Shown: positions 11,688-24,406 of the stretch, piece by piece | How positions within the stretch are numbered: position 1 is the first letter of the stretch | How the letters are laid out: every line of letters begins with the position of its first letter | DNA from: Octopus vulgaris | Taxonomy: Eukaryota | Direction of reading: 5' to 3' | NCBI GenBank assembly: GCA_951406725.2 | Contig: OX597816.1 | Coordinates: forward strand, 127,844,001 to 127,908,000 | Length of the DNA stretch: 64,000 nucleotides | Program-made: the position numbers and the translations under genes | The notes under the pieces: generated by a model | The model's database searches: none | Told to the model about the DNA's origin: nothing | The model's input: only the letters and a program-made list of their open reading frames with translations

Positions 11688-14600
11688 GTTAGTAATGTTT
11701 ATTTATCAAAAATATGGTGACAGTCTATATTGTGTACTAGTTGTGTATAATTTAATTTTCAGCAGTGGAAAGTTTTATGCATTTAATATTGGTTTGTATT
11801 TTTAATTCTATATTAGTGTGTCCGTGCGTGTGTGTTTAGACTTTTTCTAAATTGGTTTTCGGAATTGTATCTTGTAGGCCTCTTAACTAAAGTTAGATTT
11901 CATTCATTTCTAGTTGTCAGACTCATGCATGCTCTGATAGTCAGTTTCTAAAATATCAATATTATATACAGTATTTATCATCTGCAAGCATATAAAATAG
12001 GTTGTTATATGGCACTACACATTTTATTACACATATGTTATATTTACACTATGAGATAATTCATTCCAGTTTTCTACAAAGACATATATACAATTTTATT
12101 GAATATGTACTGCTGTAACTAAATTGAAGTTAAAGGAGTTCAGTGTAGTTAAAATTGCAATGTGAGAGATGTTCTTTAAGGGTTATATTAACCAAAATAT
12201 TCTGCACCAAAACTATAAGAGATATTCCACTATAGAATCAATCTATGGCTTAGTATTTGTAATTTTACTTCTGCTTGGTAGGAAATTCTTTAATTGTTGT
12301 TGATTTGTATAATTAAAACTGTATTACCTGGAAACAATTCAGTGGCACCACATTATCATCAATGTGGAAGTACATTAATGAGGATATGCATCTAATTGAT
12401 GAGTCTACATCACTGTCTGTGTTCTGGTTACATTAAGTGCAAATAAATCACTCTAAAAGAGAAACAAAATGTATTAAAGAAGTGTTGGTTTTATTAAAAA
12501 ATATTTACTCTGTTATTCAAATTAGAATTCGATTTTCTTTTTATCTGTTTTCTTTTTTCATAAACTTCAAAATATATATTGCCTACTTCATTCATAAAAA
12601 CACATTAGCCAATCTTAAGCATTTCTGTACCAATTAAGACAGTATAAGCCGGAAGGTAATGCACTAAATAAATACTTCACCTGCCAATTAAAGAGATAAA
12701 AGTGAATGCTTCTTCAGTTTATAATTAATAGTAGCAAACAGACAGCTCCAACTGTAAGATATTTCCTCCAATAATTTCTCCAAAGTCTAAATTTGTAAAC
12801 TTTCCAGCTAATATTAGATTTAATGCTATAATGCAAAATAGTCAATTAAATAAATAAATCAAGTTCTATACTGGTAAAAATGTAGGAATGTTTACAAATT
12901 CAGTAGAGGAGGACAGTCTCCAGATAATTAAAGCTAAATTAGAAATGCAAACATTGAAATCTTTAAAATCACATTAAAATAAAATATTTAAAATATTAAA
13001 GAGATTATGTATGTTATCAATAATCTTTTTCCCTAAAAATGTTTCTTCTTAAGGGCACTTGTGTTCTTAAGTCTAGTGCCTACTTTTTTTTTTTGCTATG
13101 TTATGTAGATGAGAAACGTATCTTCCTCTTGATAGAATGTCTAGCTGTTCCTAGTAACATCTCTCAGATGAAATGCCATATATTCCCCTGTAGCTAGCTG
13201 AACCAATGCACTGAAAAATACATTTCCAATGAAATATTGCAGAGCTTGTGGTCATATACCTTAGCCTCCCAGCTATTTTGCCTTTTCTGTTGCTTTAACT
13301 ATTCAGAAATAAAGGAAATGTTTGAAACCAGTTGTATTTAAAAAGCTGGCATTAAACAGTTTCCCTCCAATAAAATAACTGATCAATGTTAATAATAGAT
13401 GTATGATTCTTGTTTAGATTTGGTATTGGCTAATTTAACCTTTGAAGAATTAGAACAACAACTCTTTGTAATCATGTGTGAAACTTTATAGCCCAAGTAA
13501 TCATTTTTGGACCAACATTTTATTGCTGGTATTAAAAGAAACAAAATGGAAGCATATCATAAAACCATTCTGACTATCAAATTGTCCAGTTTTTATTTCT
13601 TACTATTCTTGCTATGAAATAATTTTGATTTTATTCCTTATTACTTTGTTTGATTCACTGTTCCAGAGAGATTAATGGAAATTGTTAGCTTTCTAGAATA
13701 AGATTTGGTCATTGATTGTTTTACTTCCATTGTTTTCAGCTTTCGACAAATTTGTGTTTCTTTTATGTTCAGCTGTATTTTATTTTTAAATATAAGACTG
13801 ATTTAAGTCAGCATCACATCAGAAGTAGAAAGTAAATGCTGGAAAGAAGCCAAATGTAAGCAAAAAACAAAATCTGACCCAATAAATATATTAAACTAAT
13901 CATTTATATTTATAAATTATAGCATTATTTATTTGGATCTCTTCTCAATTCAGAAACTGCCAAACTTATTCTTGAGTGATTATTAGTTTTTGAATTTGAA
14001 TCCATTTCAGTCAGTTTTTCCCCACTTAAAAAAAAAAATGATTTCTTTTTGAAATATTTCAAAAATTAAGTTTGCAATGATAATCATATTCAAAAAGTGG
14101 ATAAAACACACATACATGCATACTTGCATTACACAGTCATATATGCACATGCACGCGTGCACACACATACACACACACACAAATATGTCTATATATCTTA
14201 CATGTAAAATTTGATTAACATTATATGGTTTGTTAATTTTGCAGCTAAATTGCATGATAGATTGAGAAATCATTTGCAGAAATTACAGTTTATAAATTTT
14301 TTTTATTGATTATTAAACAATTTTTTATAATTTAATTTAACATTTTCTTTTGATAATTTTTGAAATTAAGTAATTAAAATATGAATGAATAATCAAGAAA
14401 ATGAACCATTTCAAATATGGATACTTTTATTTTTTTAAAGTCCATTGAATATTTATTTTCATTATTGGATCATTTTAATATGAAAGAGAACATATTTAAA
14501 TAAAATAGAGCTATCATGTTTTATCTTATTGAAGGTTGCATTGAGTATCTTGTGAAAAGAGCCTTAGTTTTTTGTCATCAGAATCATCATGCAAAATTGA

Positions 14601-14989
14601 GAAGTGAACTCAGTTTTTTAATTAATGAATGATTGTTTACTTCTGAAAAAAAAATGTATTCTAATAACACTGTTTTTTTTTTTGTTTTTTTTTTTGCAAT
14701 AAAACTACCTTGATCCTATTGAATGTAAGAATTATTTCAGAACAACTGAAACATCTTTTTTCTAGCAAATTTTTATATTCATTATCTTGAATCTTAATAA
14801 GAGAAAGGTAATTTCTAAAGTCACATGTAGGGGAAAAAAGTTGAAATAATATGTATTCTACATTTATTTACATAATTTTGTAATCAACATTCAACACTAT
14901 CTTGTTATCTCAGGAAATGAAATATCTTGAATCTGTTATTCTCCCCCTATTGAAAATATTATGTGATGTAATCTTATTCGACCCTCCCA

Positions 14990-16240
14990 ATTTGGATTTA
15001 TTCCTAACTTCATCTGCTGTGGCCAACACATGAAATTTCTTGAAGATATCACCTGAATGACATACATGGCTCATGGATGAATATTAACTATCTTGACTTC
15101 ACCAAAGCTTTTGAATATATATCACTCAAATGGTTTGTGATGAAGCTCTCTACAATGGTCTTGAAGGCTAACTTTTATATCTGGTTAAAAGACTTCAATC
15201 AGTTATAAAGATTAGCCTTCATTCTCTTTTGAAAAGAGGTAGTTACAGTACTAGAACAACATGCAGCATTTCATGTGATGATGTTTAGTGTCCCACAGGG
15301 ATCCGTTCTTAGTACCCTGTTATTTGTTGCATACATTAACCCTTAAACAGCAGACATCAATCTGTGGTTCATTAGAAAACAGCAGATCATTAATTGATGT
15401 CTTAACTGCTTTATATGGGATATAACCATCATTAAAGGAAGTTTTTGTTTATGATATTATGAATTTTAATATATAATAGACTGACAATTATTATAGATTT
15501 TGTACTTAAATTATGCTTTAGAAAAGATAATTTTGGATTTTTTTCCTGCTTGGTACACAGATTTGTGCCACCCTTTCTCACCATTTAAAAGATAAGGAAA
15601 CAGATGTCAACTTGGATTATGTTACTATGTTTAAATATGCATATTGTATTAAGCATTTATCCAAAGATAAAACAAATACAAAAAAAGAAGGTCCTGTATA
15701 CTATAGATCTTTTCTACAATTTGACCTGGACACAACACTGCAATGGATTGCTCTGTGGCAAATCAAGCTCATTTTAGACAAGTGTACCACAATACATTTT
15801 GGGAGAAAAACCTGGAGTTTACCTATTTCCTGCCACAATATCCATAAGAAGTCTACTGTGAAACATGACCTGAGCCTTATTGTCAGCAATGATCTGCATC
15901 GAATGAAACATATTACTAAAATCATTAAAAAGCTGAAAAGTGTTTCACCGTCACTTAGTATGAGCTTTGTCAAGCACTGACCAGCTATCTGGTTAAAGCT
16001 ATGTGGATAGGTGTGTCCACACTTACGTTTTCCATCTCCAGTCTAGAATCCCTTCTTATCCAGAGTTTCAATCTGCAAGAAGCTATCCAGTAATGTGGAA
16101 CCAGACAAATATGCTCTGTCAATCACTAACTATACCTTAAAGGTATTTCTTCTCTCAGCATCGACATGCTAAAGTTTCAGTATTAGCCGCTGACTTAGAA
16201 GCCAACAAGATTGTCTATCATTTTTCTTACAACAACTTCA
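14990..16240 (+). mobile_element. Decayed CR1/L2-clade LINE reverse transcriptase region, interrupted by a ~270 bp insertion (~15337-15600)
   Basis: Peptides YLDFTKAF, SVPQGSVLSTLLFVAYIN, LQFDLDTTLQWIALWQIKLILDKCTTIHFGRK; many stops and frameshifts. Confidence 0.85.
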
Positions 16241-16304
16241 GCTATATTTTTGAAGTGAAAAAAAAATCCTTACAATGATAATAACAATGATAATAATAAA
16301 TAAA

Positions 16305-16495
16305 GTAGCAAGCTTAGTGGCATTTCTTTCACCTCTTAATGTTCTGAGTTCAAATCTTATTGAAATTAATTTTTCCCTTTCATCCGTTTGAGGTTGGTAA
16401 AATAAAGTACCAGTCAAGTACTGACGTTGATGAAATCCACTAACCACTTCCTCTAAAAATGCCAGCCTTGTGCCCAAATTTGAAACCATTATCAT
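16305..16495 (+). mobile_element. Meta-domain-like SINE fragment
   Basis: gttctgagttcaaat...tttcatcc...aaagtaccagtcaagtactg...ccttgtgcccaaatttgaaacc; same family as 38666-38880. Confidence 0.7.
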
Positions 16496-17441
16496 TATTA
16501 TAACTTGAAATGACAGCAACAGAAATTAATCTGAGTAAAGCAAAATCCTTATTTTTCTCCTTAATTTTAAACCTAATATCTAAGTTTCAACTTCAGCTAA
16601 GAATTTTTAAGTTTTCAGCAATTAGCCTACTATGAATTACTAGATAATATTTAACATTAGTTAAGAAGTTACTTTGCTGTTACTCTGTAGAAATAATTTC
16701 TTACAGTAATTTTTTTTTTGACAAAATATTGATTTCTTATAAGATGATGAGAATGAAAAGATATAGAAAAGCTATATGGTTATCACATTGTACATCAATT
16801 AAGAAAATAAATGAAACTACAGATAATTAAACAAATTAATAATCCACTGCAACAAACTGATAATGTGCTTCTTTTAAACACTGAAATTTCACCTCTTAAT
16901 GTTCTGAGTTCAAATCTTATTGTTGGTGATACAGCATTCTTTTGCAACTATATGACATGTATTTGCGACTAAGTGACATGTGGTGAAGGTTCACCCCCAA
17001 ACCGAAATAGGCTCCCAGCATCTGAGTCATAAATGGTTATGTGGACCACTCCTAATGAAAACCAGAGCTTCCTTTCACCACTACATAAAAAGTATTAAGA
17101 AAAAATGTTATTTAGGTATACTTTTATTTTAGTTGTTTACACTATTTTATGCTTGTTTATACTCTTATACATTCAAAGTTCATAAATTTCCTTATTTAGA
17201 TTATGAATCATATTCCTTTTGATAATATCAATATGACTACAGAATATTTTCTGTTTGGATGACACTAACTTTCAAATTACTGGAGTCCATTGCTCTACTC
17301 ATAGCGATGTATAACTGGCTGTGTAAACGTCGAATTGGATAAAAATACACCTACACAATTTAAAGTCTTGTCCTGTGCCTTCTTTGCTGTGAATGCGCAA
17401 GTAGAATCTTTAGGGTTGCAAAAATTCAAACTAAGACTTAC

Positions 17442-17486
17442 CTCTGACTGTTCTATGCAAATAATGTCTGAATGTTCTGGTGCCAT
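17442..17486 (-). CDS. Candidate first coding exon (MAPEHSDIICIEQSE) of an unidentified minus-strand transcript
   Basis: ATG at 17486, 15 open codons, then a consensus donor GAG|gtaagt; Inr-like TCAGT motifs upstream. Confidence 0.4.
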
Positions 17487-17559
17487 GAGTTATTTTGATT
17501 GACAAAACTGAGAGGTAAACAACAGCTGCTGTGATTAGCTGTTTCAAATCCTGCTCGAG

Positions 17560-17640
17560 ACTGACACACTTAATAACTGCTAAATAATAACACACACTAC
17601 ATACTGACACACACTTTTTCCATTTTATTTTCACTATTTA
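17560..17640 (-). promoter_or_regulatory. Putative core promoter: Inr-like TCAGT at 17607 and 17564, TATA-like TAAATA about 30 bp upstream of the first
   Basis: Motif spacing only; several CpGs nearby in an otherwise CpG-poor region. Confidence 0.3.
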
Positions 17641-17661
17641 CCATCTTTGCGACCTCCTTCA

Positions 17662-18205
17662 TATCTACAATGGGGCCTCAAACTATTTAATGAAAATCCA
17701 GAGTTACTCGTGGTCAGTAAATTTTTTAATAAAAATGCAAAGGTAGTTCATCAATTCAAAAGTCAATATCCATGAAATAATCATACTTTCTGATTTTTTA
17801 ATGCTAAAAACCTTCCTGACAACCATCTTTGTAATACTGAAAAATATTGTAACCATTGGTCCAGCCGTCTGGCCATGAAGAGAGAACAGGTGAAGAGACA
17901 AACAGACAGATGGACATAATTCCCATTATAGCAAGGTGGCAAATCTAAACACTCTATATTCATGAACTATATGGGGGCAAAATCCAGAGTTAATCCTTGC
18001 CGCTGGAATTTAAAAAAAAAAAAATCAAAGATGATTTATTAATACAAAACTCAATATCCACTAAATAATCATACTTTTTACATGTTTTTCACTAAAAACC
18101 TTCCTGATTACCTCCTTTGTAATCCTGAAAAATATTATGACCATTGGTCCTGCCATTTGACCATGAAGAGGGAACAGACAGACATAACACCGCTTGTAGT
18201 AAGAT
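17662..18205 (+). mobile_element. Tandem dimer of a non-autonomous Helitron/Helentron-like element
   Basis: Two diverged ~285-bp units (aaaatccagagtta...aaaaaccttcctga...ccatgaagag...cagacaga); the GACA microsatellite near the end resembles HINE/Lep1-type elements (inference). Confidence 0.5.
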
Positions 18206-20085
18206 TTCAAGGAAGACAAATCATATCATATATAATTCATGCCATGAACAATTTGTAACCGATTCTCAGCTTCATGGATTACAGTACTTACAAATAAGTT
18301 GTTTGTTTTTAGGTATAACAGTAATTATCATTTTCATTAATTCACTTCATATAATTGTTCTTATTCATCATCCAAAATGAAGTTATAACTAGAATGTTAT
18401 AGATTATAATTGTATTAAATAAGTGGAGAAAGTAAAATTGCAGAACATATTTAATAGCATACAGTTTTTAGACCAGGATTTCATATAGACAGTGGCCTGT
18501 AAGTTATGCTTAATGTTGACTTGTAGTATATTTCTTGCACCTTTAAGTAATCTGCAATTTTTTTTAGCTCTTGGTCAAAATTATTTTATTAACCCAGATG
18601 TGTTGATTGCTTCTCAGTTTCAATCACAGTGGATTTAATGACTGTGGTGTTTGACATATATATGGGTGTGCCTTTATAAGAAAGTATACACTTGTGAAAT
18701 AGCATGTTAGGAATCCTGCTTATTTTCCACATTTACTGTTCAATGGAACAGTTGTTTACTCTCTAGAAAAACATTGTACTGTAACTTGGAATGTATGAGG
18801 CCATTGACATTTTAAGATGTATTCAGTTGAAAATCATTTGCTTAAATTGAAAGTTCTACCCTTCAAGTGCTTAGCTAATGAACCCTGCTCTTTCAAATAG
18901 ACTTGCTATGTTCCACATCTAATCAAATTTAATCATTACAATGTTTTTTCTAGTTCTCACTCTTTAAAAAAATTTCTCTTCTTTTAATATCAAGTTTTAC
19001 ATAAACTTCTTCACTTAGTGTTTAATATCACTATGAAACACATTTCCACCACCTCATGGATTCTTGTTAAATATTAAATCCTCAATTCATTAAGTTCCAT
19101 ATTAACTGCAGCAACTTCATTCATTCTCCAAACCTTTGAAATGAAGAAAACCCTATAAAGGCTTATGGATAATTTTCTTCTTACTGAAGGAATCACTCGT
19201 TTAGAAGAATTACTAATCAGCAGTTTAACCTCTTAAGGTCTTCCATACATTCTAACAAATATTTAAATATACTGAAACTGTGATGTACATTTTTCTTTCA
19301 CATTAGTCTTTGAAGGTTATAACTAACTAACCATTTAGTCAGAAATGAGCAATTAAGTAATCTCAAAGCTCTTTTATCTTTTAAAATTTACCCTTGCATG
19401 CATATTCTTGTGTACACAACACACCAAATGCACATATATATAAATGGCAGATTATCATTTGGAGCAGTTTCTCAACATTGTAGATAATTCTATTAAGAAT
19501 TGTCTTTGCCTCCTAAAGCCATTTTTGTTTTTTTACACTAATATCAGTGCGGATGTTTTATCCAGATAAAGCTACAAACAAGTAGATCAACCAATAACCT
19601 CTATTTGGTTTTTCTTTTTCTTTATGATAATACCAAATAGGCAATGCATACCCAATTTGCTGTGGATGATACCAATTACAATTTTTTGCTCACAAAGAGA
19701 ACATCTTTGGTATGAGATTTTGAGGTTTTATTTCTATTTTAGTTTGTTTTCTTGATCTATTATATTCTCATTAAAAGTAAGATTGCTCTAGGAAGGAATC
19801 TGTTTCTTTATTGTAAACATCATTACAGTTCATCATAAATTAAGGAAAATAACCTCTCTCACATTCTTCTCACTTTGTATCATTACTTACACTAGAAAAA
19901 GCTATGAGAAATTTTCTTTCATCCTGGGGTATCAAATAAATGAAAGCATTATTTTGTTTTTCCTGTTTTTCCTTTAACATTTATAATATAAGCTAGTCAA
20001 ATTTAAACACTCTTAACTAATTTGAGAATGAAGTCAAGCTACATTGCAATTTTTTGATCTTTTTTAATTCTCATTTTTTTTGCCT

Positions 20086-20130
<45 letters not shown>

Positions 20131-20580
20131 TCATCTAGAAATTACCCATGATATACTTTTTTCATCATGTCTCTCTTGGAACTTTATTAGAATTTAGATT
20201 CTAATAAGACCTCATCTCAGCCTGATGAAAATTTATTCAACTTCAGAGTGCTAAAAATATATAAGCTGGAGAAAAAAAAAAAGAAGAAAAAGAAACTTCT
20301 TCAAGAAGAGATAACTTTTTTGAACAACTTTTGTATATCCACTGAAAATGTCTAGTAATGATTTATCTAGAAAAATCATTTGAAAAAATATTTATATTTC
20401 TCTTCTCTTTAACTGTCACTCTCTTTCTCTCTGTCATCCATTCCTATATAATTCTTTAACAATTGAGCTTTTATCATCTGTTATTGTACACCTAAACTAA
20501 GTTGGGTAATGGAAATATGTCTTTTTATTTTGTTTCTTTTCCTGTTCCATTGACTACATTTAATTTTCTTTGCTACTTAG

Positions 20581-20761
20581 TATGACATCCTTAGGCACTT
20601 TATGTGCTTACTGTAGATTTCAGCTGACAAAGCTAACTAATCTATCTGGTTACACTTGGTCTCCAAAACATCCTCTTACATTCTGCACACATTTACATTT
20701 GCCTTTGGGAACTGGTTATACCAGTAGAAGTAATGGCGGTGACAGTGGTAGTCTATTATAA
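20581..20761 (+). CDS. Candidate terminal or alternative exon (..MTSLGTLCAYCRFQLTK...GGDSGSLL*)
   Basis: Pyrimidine-rich acceptor ttttctttgctacttag| followed by 59 open codons to TAA; no homology recognised. Confidence 0.25.
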
Positions 20762-21321
20762 GCAACACTTTGAAGACATTACATGAGGAATCAATGTCAG
20801 TCTCTTAGATGCATTCAGACAACAGCTTAGGCTGGAAGAATATTTCCGCTAGAATTCCTCTTTCCTTCTTTCTTTTTCTTTTCTTTCTTTTTCTAATGTT
20901 GATGCTATGCTGTGACTCCATCACTGTTGATTCTGCAAATCTTTGTTTACAGTTCTCATATTTCATCAGCTCATTTTTCTGCACTCTTTTCTCAATATTT
21001 TGTTTTTGTTTCTTTTTTGTTGTCATCACTAAGTAGCAAAGGAAAATAGAAGTCATGGAATAATTTCGTTCAGGGATCAAGGAATTCTCTTACATTTTAT
21101 GCATGGTTTCACTAACTATCAGATTATCTATTGAATTTTAAACATCCAATAAGTCAAAATGGTGTTTGTTTTCTATTCTGAAATTGTAAAAGATTATTTA
21201 GAATTTGGAGTTATTCAAATATTTAAACTATTTACTTAAGCAGCATTTCAGCCTTAAAACATTCACATACATAGATTATTTCTTGTAATTCATATATAAT
21301 ATAAATCTTATTAATATTAGG

Positions 21322-21675
21322 TACAGGTTTGACTGTGTATTAAATAGTTTCTTTTCCAGTCACATGGTTATAGGTTCAGTCCTACTGTGTGGCACCTTGA
21401 GTAAGTGTCTTCTACTATAGCCCTGGTATGACCAAAGCTTTGTGAGTGGATGTGAAAGAAGCCTGTCGTGTGTGTGTGTGTGCCTCTTCACCACTTGACA
21501 ACCGATATTTCTTTACATTTGCATGACTTAGTGCTTTGGCAAAAAGGAACCTTTACAATAAGTGCCAAGCTTTAAAACAAAAAGTACTGGAGTCAGTTTG
21601 TTTGACTAAACCCTTCAAGGTTGTGCCCCAGCATGGCACAGTCTAATGAGTAAAATAAGTAAAATACAAAAAGAT
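21322..21675 (+). mobile_element. CORE-like tRNA SINE
   Basis: ggttcagtcctactgtgtggcaccttgagtaagtgtcttctactatagcc; same family as 4119-4502. Confidence 0.8.
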
Positions 21676-22201
21676 AATGATTAAAATTATTGAGGTTTCT
21701 TTAGATGAATTTCATTTTTATAGCAAATGACACTAAATTTGTTCTAACTTCCCAAGGTTTCAATATTAGTATGATGTTTTTAATAAAGATAGTTTAATTT
21801 AGTTAAGATGTGTAGCATAATATAGTTAGTTAATTTATACTGTATTAAAGAAATAAAATCATGATTTCAATTCATTTTTTTAACTTCTATATAATTGGAA
21901 ATTTTATTTGTAGCTACCCCTTCTTAATGAACTTCTTTGTTAAATATCAGCTGAGGAATGAATGATTCTGTATTTTGATTGAGTTCAACCTATTACCCAG
22001 TACATTCTGCTCTACATTCAAAGTTTAAATATTTATATATATTGTTTACAGCCCTATATTTTGCAACAAATATATTTTGTACAAATTAATTAATTATCTG
22101 GTCTCCTTTCATTCCAGTATTTTTATATTCAAATACTTAATTTTTTTAGTGATTACTCTCAGAACACATGTTCTTCCTTTCTTCCTTCTCCCCACCCACC
22201 C

Positions 22202-22240
<39 letters not shown>

Positions 22241-24298
22241 ATGAACAAAATGTTTCTGTAACTTAAATACTTGGAATTGTATTCTTCAGTTGTCCTTGAG
22301 GCTGATGTTTTTAGAAATATTAAGCATTTTAGAAGTATTCAGTCTCAGATATAAATATGTATATATGGTGTTTATATTTTTCACAGTAAATATTTGTACA
22401 TCCTGATAGGTTTTAACTCTATTTCATTGATTCTTTTTCTACTAAGTACTTAATAGCCAGAAGTTTCAAACAGTACTATTTTCTAGAAATCCTTCCCTTT
22501 GTTCAATTCATGTGTATAATTGAATTTTAATTAATTTTCAATCTGATGAAAGCTGTTAAATTTTAATGTCATTGACACTGTAATTCTTGAAGTAACTTTG
22601 AAGATAATTTTTTAGAAAATATATAAAACAGAAACTCCCTTATATCATAATTGCTCCTTTGTATATTATTTGCTTTATATTCTATTTCTATGTTGATAGT
22701 TTTCCAACCCTCAAGTCTTATTTATCTTTGTTATTAATATTCAAATAACTTTGTACTTTTATTCATAATTATTACCATTTCTTTTTTTATGGTTTTTAAC
22801 CACTAAATCTTTCTCTTGATGTTATTATCCCCTAGATATTATAAGATTGATAATATGCAAGAAAATATTACTTTTGGTTATTATTCAGTTTTTTCATTTT
22901 TATATGTTCTATGAAGAATTAATACTTTGATAATTTTTTCTGTAACTAAATACTTCTGGGAATGTAATATTAGAACTGTACATTTTAGTTTTTATTCAAG
23001 ACAAACTAGTAGGGGATACTTTCCAGTCTGAAAAAATCTTCCCTACCCTTTAAAATAACCTTCAGTCAAATGTAATCACTCTTTACAGTCAATTTATGCT
23101 TCAAATATTATATTTTTGCACTCTTTATCCTAACAACTAGGTTTCTCTCCAAGTGTAGTATGATATCTATACCGGAAGACATGCAGAGTTGCTTTCTTTA
23201 ATTACAATTTTATTAACAACTTTTAAAGTTGAATAAACAGCATTCAGTTAATTATAAGGATATTTGAAAAGTTCATATAATTTTAGTTTTAAAATAACCA
23301 TGTAATCTATTGAAATGGATATTTCTTGACATTTTATTCGTTAAGTTAAACCTAGCCCCTGACCTAAGCTTCTCCATTAAATAAAAGCACTAAAGCATAT
23401 TTGTTAGCAAACACTACAATCATTCGTAATAAATTTCTGGGCATCACACAAAACAAGGGAAATTTTGGTGTCTCTTATCTTTACCAAAGTCTCAGTTTTA
23501 TGACTTTTTTTATATATCTCCCTGCTGCACATGAAAACATGTTTTTTTTTAAGTGAATCATGCTACCATATTGCCTCTTTACCAACTGAAAACCCAATTA
23601 AGAACTTGGTACGTTGACTGCAAATACATACATAAAATGTGAGGTATGTAATTTTGACTGATCAGTTCTATGAATCTCTGTCGTTTCTCCTCAATTACTA
23701 TGTATTCTAAAAACCAAGCATATTAAAATATTTATTTGTGTATAATACATACTTGTGTAGAATGCACAGATGTAATTATGGGCAATGAAATCTTCGGAAA
23801 ATATCTCTCATATATAATATATATTGATTTTTCTCTAGTATTATAATGTGTAGCAAAAGGATGATTTAGTGAGATTTATTAGACTTGCTATATCAAATAC
23901 ACTGGAACGGTTCGCACTATCTAAAACAAAACAAATTGAAAAGTGAACTATGAATTTTACCAGTGAAGAATGTAAACATTCAACTGCTGTAAAGTCAGCA
24001 TTGTGGAAACTATCCAGTCGGTAGTATAGATATATTTGATGTTGTTCACTGAAACCTATTTTATTTTGCGATTGACATTAGACTAACCAACATTATTTGC
24101 AAAGAAACCATTTAAAAAAAAGAAAATCCAAAGTATCTCTGCACTATATTATCACCAAAGAACCGGATTTGGAAGTCACAGTTTAATAATATCACTATAA
24201 ACTGCTCTTAGTGTACATACCACAAAGCCAAATAGTCATCAAACAATATTTATATTATATTATATATATATACAGTTTATAATATATATATATATATT

Positions 24299-24339
<41 letters not shown>

Positions 24340-24358
24340 AATTTTGATCAAATCAGTC

Positions 24359-24406
24359 TGTTGCTACTCTGAGTTTCACCTATCTTCACAATATCTTCAA
24401 GCAAGT
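24359..24406 (-). ncRNA. Minimal hammerhead-like motif (C3 changed to U)
   Basis: Minus strand: ttgc-TTGAAGA-tattgtgaagatagg-t-GAAAC-tcaga-GTA-gcaa; stem I ttgc/gcaa, quasi-palindromic stem III. Confidence 0.5.

Noticed and set aside
20805-21080. Lys-rich 91-aa minus-strand ORF with an NLS-like tract
   Set aside because: The basic tract derives from a (CTTTT)n low-complexity run; no other coding support.
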